DNA from: Polyangiales bacterium
Lineage (GTDB): Bacteria; Myxococcota_A; Polyangia; Polyangiales; Polyangiaceae
Reading direction: 5' to 3'
Length of the DNA stretch: 64,000 nt
Assembly (NCBI GenBank): GCA_038231275.1
Contig: JBBRLQ010000002.1
Span: forward strand, 256,001 to 320,000
The notes beneath the pieces were generated by a model that had not been told where the DNA came from, did not search any database, and saw only the letters and a program-made list of their open reading frames with translations. A program made the translations under genes and the position numbers. Below, piece by piece: positions 57,701-64,000 of this stretch (position 1 is its first letter; each line of letters starts with the position of its first letter).

Positions 57701-57859
57701 CGCGCGCCGCCGCCGCATGCTGGCGCTCCGCCGATCGTCCCTCGCGGTGCCCCGCCGCCGAACGCCGGCGCGCCGCCCGTCGGATCTCAGCCTGGTCCGG
57801 TCGAACGCCCGCTCACCGCCGCCGAACGCCTAGCGCAGCGTCGCCGCGAACGAAAATAG
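54716..57859 (+). CDS. Membrane protein with two VWA domains and a GATase-like domain
   Basis: N-terminal TMs; DRSRS/GTD/LTDG; Ig-like segment ending PEDN; FDLVVLSDV...GGGLILMGG..S.GPGGY..TPIEE; DYSGSM/FADG; WSVGIGRS; C-terminal TM. Confidence 0.88.
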   Translation: MSLPSLPVLQGLPPLPRLLYLAGSIVALVVTVAMLVRARRRDGLGVATVVVALGGLAPLLYQGLVHAELLKETYVRFGEPRALLVTAAAGAWLAWRFTMLPARMSRARRASVVALASFGVLGATLAAAEPELGRPLDRMTVIVAIDRSRSIDMVPGADARIRAELKVAERGMRPDDRVGTVVFGAEAATEDPPRPRSDLPPPQRIEVGRDGTDLEAAIRRALAELPADTAGRVVLLTDGVQTRGDALAAAATAVAADVAIDVVMLEQKVVPDVRVVSVRAPARADEGEALDLRVVTSSAIATDVEVRVKRDGELLHSARAKIQAGEDVLRVRETAASPGLHRYDVEVTALDAAADGAPEDNAGSAFVRVHGPSLALVLEGDTGKGSSLARALQASGFLTEERSTTGVPSDVGGLAGFDLVVLSDVRASDLAPIQIDALASYTRDLGGGLILMGGDRSMGPGGYARTPIEEVSPVGFDLKKEKRRASLAEVIAIDYSGSMSATVGGQTKLALANEAAARSASLLGPGDRLGIEHVDDRVAWTIPLGPVTDATEIGKKVRAVAVGGGGIYTDIALKAGYSALEKETVNLKHLLLFADGADAEQIAGCRFLVGEALKRGITTSVISLGRGSDTPELEVLSKLGGGRFYLIDDATKLPAVFTQETILAARSAIHENPFRVSLGAPGEPTRAVDFAKAPELKGYVVAVAKPRATVLLGGPEGDPVMATWSVGIGRSAAFTSDFKDRWGAGWLAWPGAVKLMGQLGRDTARRSDDPRVRLEADAQGGVLSVRADVVGDDGRAQTFRRLTVHVAGPDGFSRDVPLEAVGAGRYAATVPLSRPGTYVAAAKDEVTGQAVGTTGAVLGAGEELRPTGSDRVLLARVAQMTGGKVRDTLAGIYDERASRRFAYTPMGPLLVLAAALAMLAGVAARRLGTPAFLKAAAARARAAASVPAERRAVRDADAARARERADEQARTNAALLDRKRAAAPTAGHAGTGLLDRAPPPHAGAPPIVPRGAPPPNAGAPPVGSQPGPVERPLTAAERLAQRRRERK

Positions 57860-58899
57860 ACGCCTCCGGCAACAGCGAACGCGAGCGCGAAGGCGCCGAG
57901 GCCGCCGCTCGCGTCTCCCGGAGCCGCCGCGCATCCGCGCTTCACCGGAGGATCGCTCTGGCACTCCGACGTGAAGCCGTGGCGCGGCGTCGGATCGCAC
58001 GCGGTGCTCCCGACGTGTCCGGTCGCGGCGACCGACACATCCACTGTGCGCGTTCCGTCCGGCGGATAGATCGCGCAGATCGCCGCCACGTCCTCGAGCC
58101 CGATGGTGCGCTTTCGGATGTCGTGCCCCTCGTCGCTCAGGAACATCACGCTCGCCTTGGAGGGCGCGTGCGCGATTCCGAAGATGTGGCCGATCTCGTG
58201 GGTGACCACCGATTGAAGGTCGAACGTGTTCCCGTCGAGGACGTCCTGGTCGGTGAGCGGCACGATCTTGTGCTGCCCGCTGTTCAGCTCCATGTCCGCG
58301 TCGAAAATCTCGCCGGTGTCCGGATCGAAGGTGACCGTGGTGAGCGCGATCGTCGGGGAGGTCCCGTCAGGGAGCAAGTCGTCGGCCTTTTCGTGGTGCG
58401 GCCAGGCGTCGTCGTGGAAGACGATGATGTTCTGATTGGCCGCGACCTTGTTGTACCCGTTGCGATCGCACGCGACCGGGCCGAGGTAGCGCGCGTCGAT
58501 GCTGGGGTGGCTCGTCCCCTGCCCGTTCGTCGCGCACGCGCGCGCGGTCCACGCCTCGAAGCCGGACTCGAGCGCCGCGCGCGCCTCGTCGAACGAGACG
58601 TGACGACCGCCGTCTTTTTGTAGCGACCACCCGACGCAGCCGCTCCGCCACCATAGCGGCACGTCGCGCACGCCGGCGGCGCCGCACGTCTGCGGCCACC
58701 CTTCGGGCTCGCAGAAGCCGTTGACGGGGAAGTTCTTGGGCGCCGGGCACGTGGTCGAGCGGCAAAATCCGGCGCCCGCGGTGGCGGCGGCCTGGTCGGT
58801 CTTGATGACCTCGTTCCCGCCGGACGACGACGAGCACCCCGCCCACGCGAGCGCGCAAGCGGCGACGCCGGCGAAGACGAAGGGGCGGCGCGCGCGCAT
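57787..58899 (-). CDS. Matrixin-like zinc metalloprotease (paralog of 11145-12056) with N-terminal lipobox and MYXO-CTERM-like tail
   Basis: WAGC; FCRSTTC; GEIFDADMELN; HEIGHIFGIAH; SVMF; tail KRGCAAAP + hydrophobic stretch + RSRRR. Confidence 0.88.
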   Translation of the reverse strand: MRARRPFVFAGVAACALAWAGCSSSSGGNEVIKTDQAAATAGAGFCRSTTCPAPKNFPVNGFCEPEGWPQTCGAAGVRDVPLWWRSGCVGWSLQKDGGRHVSFDEARAALESGFEAWTARACATNGQGTSHPSIDARYLGPVACDRNGYNKVAANQNIIVFHDDAWPHHEKADDLLPDGTSPTIALTTVTFDPDTGEIFDADMELNSGQHKIVPLTDQDVLDGNTFDLQSVVTHEIGHIFGIAHAPSKASVMFLSDEGHDIRKRTIGLEDVAAICAIYPPDGTRTVDVSVAATGHVGSTACDPTPRHGFTSECQSDPPVKRGCAAAPGDASGGLGAFALAFAVAGGVYFRSRRRCARRSAAVSGRSTGPG

Positions 58900-58958
58900 G
58901 CAGCCCCAGAGATACCACCCGCCCGAGGCCGCGCAAACGCGCGGGCGAAATCAGGGCT

Positions 58959-60308
58959 TCAGCGCGCGAGCGCGATGACGATGGCGAGCCCGCCGCCGAC
59001 GAACAGCGCCACGACGCCCACGATCACCGGAATGATCCAGGGTGGACGGCCTTGCGGGATGCCGGCCGGCATGTCGTCCATGTACTGCGCCGAACGGACC
59101 GCCTGGAAGGCCTGGTCCATGTTCTGCCCCGCGTGCTGCGCGCCGCCGTGCTGCTGCGGATAGCCCCCGGGGTTCTGCATCGTGCGATCTTGCGGAGGGC
59201 TTGCGGCGAACGGGTCGGCCGCGGCTTCGAGCGCGCGCGGCGGTCCTGCCGCCATGGCGCGGGGCAGTGACTCCGCGAGCTGGCGCTGCAGCTCGGGCTG
59301 CGGCGTCGTCGCCCATAGACGATGATCGCCCGCGAGGCCATACGCGCGACCCACGGCGTCCGCGAGGGCGCCGACCGTCCGCGTGCGGATGTTCGGGTTC
59401 TTCGCGAGCGCCTCTTCCATCACGTGATCCATCGCCGGCGGTACCGGGAACTTGGCGCCCCGCTGCCGAGCCTTCTCGCTCGGCGGCTCAGGCTCCTTCG
59501 TCATGATCGCGAGGAGGATCGACGGGCCGTTGTTTCCTTCGAACGGCACCGTTCCGGTGAGGCACTCGTAGGTGATCGCCGCGAGCGCGAACACGTCGGC
59601 GCGCGCGTCGAGCGTGTCGAGCCCCTGCGCTTGCTCCGGCGCCATGTAGAACGGCGAGCCGATCGTGGTGCCGAGCACCGTCAGCTTCTTCGCGTCCTTG
59701 TTTTTGTCTTTGACCGATCCGAAGTCGAGGATCTTCGCGTAGTCGCCTTCGCGCGAACCGCAGAGGAAGAGGTTGTCCGGCTTAAGATCGCGGTGCACGA
59801 AGTTCTTCGCGTGCGCTTCGTCGAGGCCGACGGCGACCTGCGAGAGCATGCGCAGGACGCGCTCGGGCGCGATCGACTTCTCGCGTTTGATGACGAGGCG
59901 CAGCTCCTCGCCGTCGAGGAACTCCATCACCAGCATGTAGACGTTCAGCGTCGGATCACGCTGAAAATCGAGGACATTCACGATGTAGTCGTGAGGCAGC
60001 GACGCCGACAGCTCGTACTCGCGCTTGAAGCGCTCGACGGCGACCTCGTCGCGCGAGACGTCGTCGTGGAGCACCTTGATGGCGATCCGCGTGTTCGTCT
60101 GCTTGTCGATTCCCTCGTAGACGCGCCCCATGCCGCCGTCGGCGACGACACGACGCACCTCGTACCGGTTGCAGAGGCGCGCACCGATGCGCACGTCGTC
60201 CGTCGACGCCACCGGCACCATGCTGGCGGTGATGAGGCCCGTCCCGTCCGCCGGGCAAAAACCCGCGTCGTCCGGATAAACCCTCTTGCACGTGGGACAG
60301 CTCTTCAA
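58959..60308 (-). CDS. Membrane-anchored Ser/Thr protein kinase with N-terminal zinc ribbon
   Basis: CPTC...FCPADG; DGGMGRVY; AIK; HRDLKPDN; DFG; YMAPEQ; C-terminal TM. Confidence 0.93.
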   Translation of the reverse strand: MKSCPTCKRVYPDDAGFCPADGTGLITASMVPVASTDDVRIGARLCNRYEVRRVVADGGMGRVYEGIDKQTNTRIAIKVLHDDVSRDEVAVERFKREYELSASLPHDYIVNVLDFQRDPTLNVYMLVMEFLDGEELRLVIKREKSIAPERVLRMLSQVAVGLDEAHAKNFVHRDLKPDNLFLCGSREGDYAKILDFGSVKDKNKDAKKLTVLGTTIGSPFYMAPEQAQGLDTLDARADVFALAAITYECLTGTVPFEGNNGPSILLAIMTKEPEPPSEKARQRGAKFPVPPAMDHVMEEALAKNPNIRTRTVGALADAVGRAYGLAGDHRLWATTPQPELQRQLAESLPRAMAAGPPRALEAAADPFAASPPQDRTMQNPGGYPQQHGGAQHAGQNMDQAFQAVRSAQYMDDMPAGIPQGRPPWIIPVIVGVVALFVGGGLAIVIALAR

Positions 60309-60348
60309 CGGGTCGCTCCCCTCCTGACGAAACTCCGTCGCACGTGCC

Positions 60349-61083
60349 TCAGTGCTCCGCCTCTTGCCCCGCGGTCGGAGGCACGAAGTAGATGAGGCGC
60401 TGGCAGGACTGGCACTGCTCGATGAGCGGCTCGCGGCGCAGGCGGTGATAGAGCTGCGGCGGGAGCGCCATGTTGCACATGTTGCATGTCCCGTCGCGCG
60501 TCTGGGCGATGCCGACTCCGCGGCGACCGCGGATCGTCTCGTAGCGGCGGTAGACGACAGGAGGCAGCGACTTGGCGACCTGATCGCGCGCTTTTTGCCG
60601 CTCGACGCGCTGCGACCCGACGCTCCCCAGCTTCTGGGTAATCGCGCCTTCGCTGGAACCGAGCTCCGCCTCGAGCTTCTTGATCTCCCCCTCGGTGCCC
60701 TCGAGGGACAGGCGCAGCGCGTCGCCCTCGGTGGTCAGCCGGCCGATCTCGTCCTCGCGGTCGCGCAGGAGCTTTCGGAGCTCCTCGACCTCGCGCTGGG
60801 CGGCGTTCGACTCCCGCTCGGTGCGCGAGCGATTCAGCTTGTCGCGCGAGTGCTCGACCTGCTGCATCATCGTTCGGACGTCGATGATGAACTCGTTGCG
60901 GTTCTTCTCGTTCGCGTCGAGGGCAGTCTTTCCCTCTCCGCGCTTGTCTTCGAGCTTCTTCAGGCTCGCCTTGAGCGTGGTCAGGGTCGATCTGTCGCCC
61001 GTGAGCTCCTCGTCCATCGTCTTGAGCTCTGCGTCGATACGAGCAAGCTCTTCCAAGATCTTGATCTGCTCCGGAATGGTCAA
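60349..61083 (-). CDS. Coiled-coil C4-type zinc-ribbon protein (COG1579-like)
   Basis: LEELARID; long coiled coil; YETIR...GTCNMCNMALPPQ...CQSCQRLIY. Confidence 0.9.
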   Translation of the reverse strand: MTIPEQIKILEELARIDAELKTMDEELTGDRSTLTTLKASLKKLEDKRGEGKTALDANEKNRNEFIIDVRTMMQQVEHSRDKLNRSRTERESNAAQREVEELRKLLRDREDEIGRLTTEGDALRLSLEGTEGEIKKLEAELGSSEGAITQKLGSVGSQRVERQKARDQVAKSLPPVVYRRYETIRGRRGVGIAQTRDGTCNMCNMALPPQLYHRLRREPLIEQCQSCQRLIYFVPPTAGQEAEH

Positions 61084-61141
61084 CGTGAACTCCTTGCAGC
61101 GACTTTCTTCCGTGCCTTCGTACGTGAGGGAGTGAGCCGGG

Positions 61142-61215
61142 TGGGCCCACCTGGGTTCGAACCAGGAACGGCCCGGTTATGAGCCGGGGGCTCTGACCGA
61201 TTGAGCTATAGGCCC
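61142..61215 (-). tRNA. tRNA with CAT anticodon, probably tRNA-Ile2 (lysidine type); CCA not encoded
   Basis: GGGCCTATAGCTCAATCGGTCAGAGCCCCCGGCTCATAACCGGGCCGTTCCTGGTTCGAACCCAGGTGGGCCCA. Cloverleaf with GGTTCGAAC T-loop; paired 1-72 and no GGG/CCC run next to the loop, so not fMet. Confidence 0.92.
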
Positions 61216-61288
61216 GGGTACGTTCCTTGATCGGGAGGGCACGGCGAAAACGTAGTCCAACCACGGCGGGGAAGGAAGAGGGGCCCGA

Positions 61289-62530
61289 TCATTGCTTTCG
61301 TTCGGAGGGCGAGACGGGCGCTCGCGGCGCGTCGAAACAGCGGAAAACGCCGAGCGGTCTGGCGGAATCTCTGGGGAATCCGGCGAGGATTCGATCGCCC
61401 ACGGCGGCCAGCGGCCGGACACTGTCGAGGTCCGGCTCCATACTCTCGCGGCTGCCGGGGGCGACCGGGAGGAGGCGCGCGTGCTCGGCGAGGTCGACGA
61501 AGAGCGCGCGCGCGCCGAGCAAATCGGGGACGCCGCGGCCCGCTCCCCGCTCTGCGATGACGCGCACGGAGGTCTCCGCGCCGCGAAGCGTCACGAGGAC
61601 GAGGCGCGAACCTTCGCCGTCGGCCGGCTGCTCGTCGTCCTTTACGAGGAGGTCGACGCCGTCTCCGCTCGCGAGCATGTCGAACGAGTCCACGCGCGTG
61701 CCTGCCTTCGTCACGCGCGACGGCGCGCCGACGAGCGCTCCCTTCGTATCGAGCTGCGCGATCTCGAGCCATGTGGTGTGGCGCTTCTCGCCGGGACCTT
61801 CGAGCTCGGGCTCGGCGTCGCGTTCGGATTCCGGCTTCTTCGCGAGCCACGCGATCCAATAGCCGCCCGGTCGCGTGGCGAGGCGCGGCGAGTCGACATC
61901 GCTCGCTTCGGGGGACACGACGCGCGCCGCTGCGCCGGCGACGATCGGCAGGGCCGCGACCTTGACGATGCCACGCGGCGCACCGACGGCGTCCTCGTCC
62001 CACGCAACGAGACCCTCCGCGCCCTCGGCGACGGCGTCGAACGCGAACGATCCGTCCTTCTGTTGCGAAATTTTCGCGCCGTCGATCGCGAGCTCGCGCG
62101 CGTCCTTCGAAGGGACGTACATCGCGAGGACCGCCTTGCCCGCGAGGAAGATCACCTTCGGCGGAGGTGCGTCGACGGCCAGCTCCCCTGCCCCTTCTAC
62201 CGTGGCGACCGTCAGCACGTCGGCGTCGCGCGTGACGCTCACGAGCGCCGCCTCGCGCTTGCCGCCGACGTCGCGGGCCACCCCGACGAAGACGCGATCC
62301 TTGGTGACGAGCGCGTCGCCCATTTCGTAAGCGCCCGGCGGGAGGGCGAGCGGTGTGAAGTCTCCGCAACGCGCGGACAGAGGCGCCTTCGCGTCCTCGC
62401 CGGCGTCGTCGGCCTGTGCGCTCTCGGCGTCCGGCGCGCCGGGCACACCGCTCGGCTGACACCCCGTCCGCGCACGGACGACGAGCGCCACGACGCCGAG
62501 CCCCGCCGCCGACAGGAGGAGCACGCGCAT
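61289..62530 (-). CDS. Hypothetical exported protein (beta-rich)
   Basis: Start re-picked at MRVLLLSAAGLGVVALVV; repeated VAW/IAW strands. Confidence 0.7.
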   Translation of the reverse strand: MRVLLLSAAGLGVVALVVRARTGCQPSGVPGAPDAESAQADDAGEDAKAPLSARCGDFTPLALPPGAYEMGDALVTKDRVFVGVARDVGGKREAALVSVTRDADVLTVATVEGAGELAVDAPPPKVIFLAGKAVLAMYVPSKDARELAIDGAKISQQKDGSFAFDAVAEGAEGLVAWDEDAVGAPRGIVKVAALPIVAGAAARVVSPEASDVDSPRLATRPGGYWIAWLAKKPESERDAEPELEGPGEKRHTTWLEIAQLDTKGALVGAPSRVTKAGTRVDSFDMLASGDGVDLLVKDDEQPADGEGSRLVLVTLRGAETSVRVIAERGAGRGVPDLLGARALFVDLAEHARLLPVAPGSRESMEPDLDSVRPLAAVGDRILAGFPRDSARPLGVFRCFDAPRAPVSPSERKQ

Positions 62531-62571
62531 CCCGCGGCGCTGCCCGCCCTCGCTGCGCCGGTCCTCGGACC

Positions 62572-64000
<1,429 letters not shown>

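Overview
This is a high-GC bacterial chromosomal segment, most likely from Myxococcota (Polyangiales, Labilithrix/Sorangium-like). The assignment is inferred from many Cys-rich lipoproteins, MYXO-CTERM-like tails, eukaryotic-type Ser/Thr kinases and a TPR-PEGA protein. It holds about 52 plausible CDS and one tRNA(CAT, probably Ile2). Housekeeping genes include obgE, pspA, lpdA, pdhA, a 2x[4Fe-4S] ferredoxin, tmk, panC and yitJ (partial). I saw no transposase, integrase, prophage, CRISPR array or rRNA. The best candidates for uncharacterised systems are: (i) a pair of ~1100-1180 aa lipoproteins, one a metzincin zinc protease with atypical codon usage, behind a long AT-richer regulatory region (3709-11140); (ii) a ~14 kb, mostly translationally coupled 8-gene MoxR/ABC/DUF58/VWA membrane operon (43906-57859); (iii) an orphan type III export switch gene (SctU/FlhB) coupled to an ObgE with a Lys/Pro repeat tail. 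Two window-wide patterns stand out: a D-(A/G)-G motif concentrated in exported proteins, and TANNNT boxes just upstream of many SD-less start codons, suggesting leaderless mRNAs. All family assignments come from motif recognition by eye; no database searches were run. Many start codons were re-picked relative to the ORF track.
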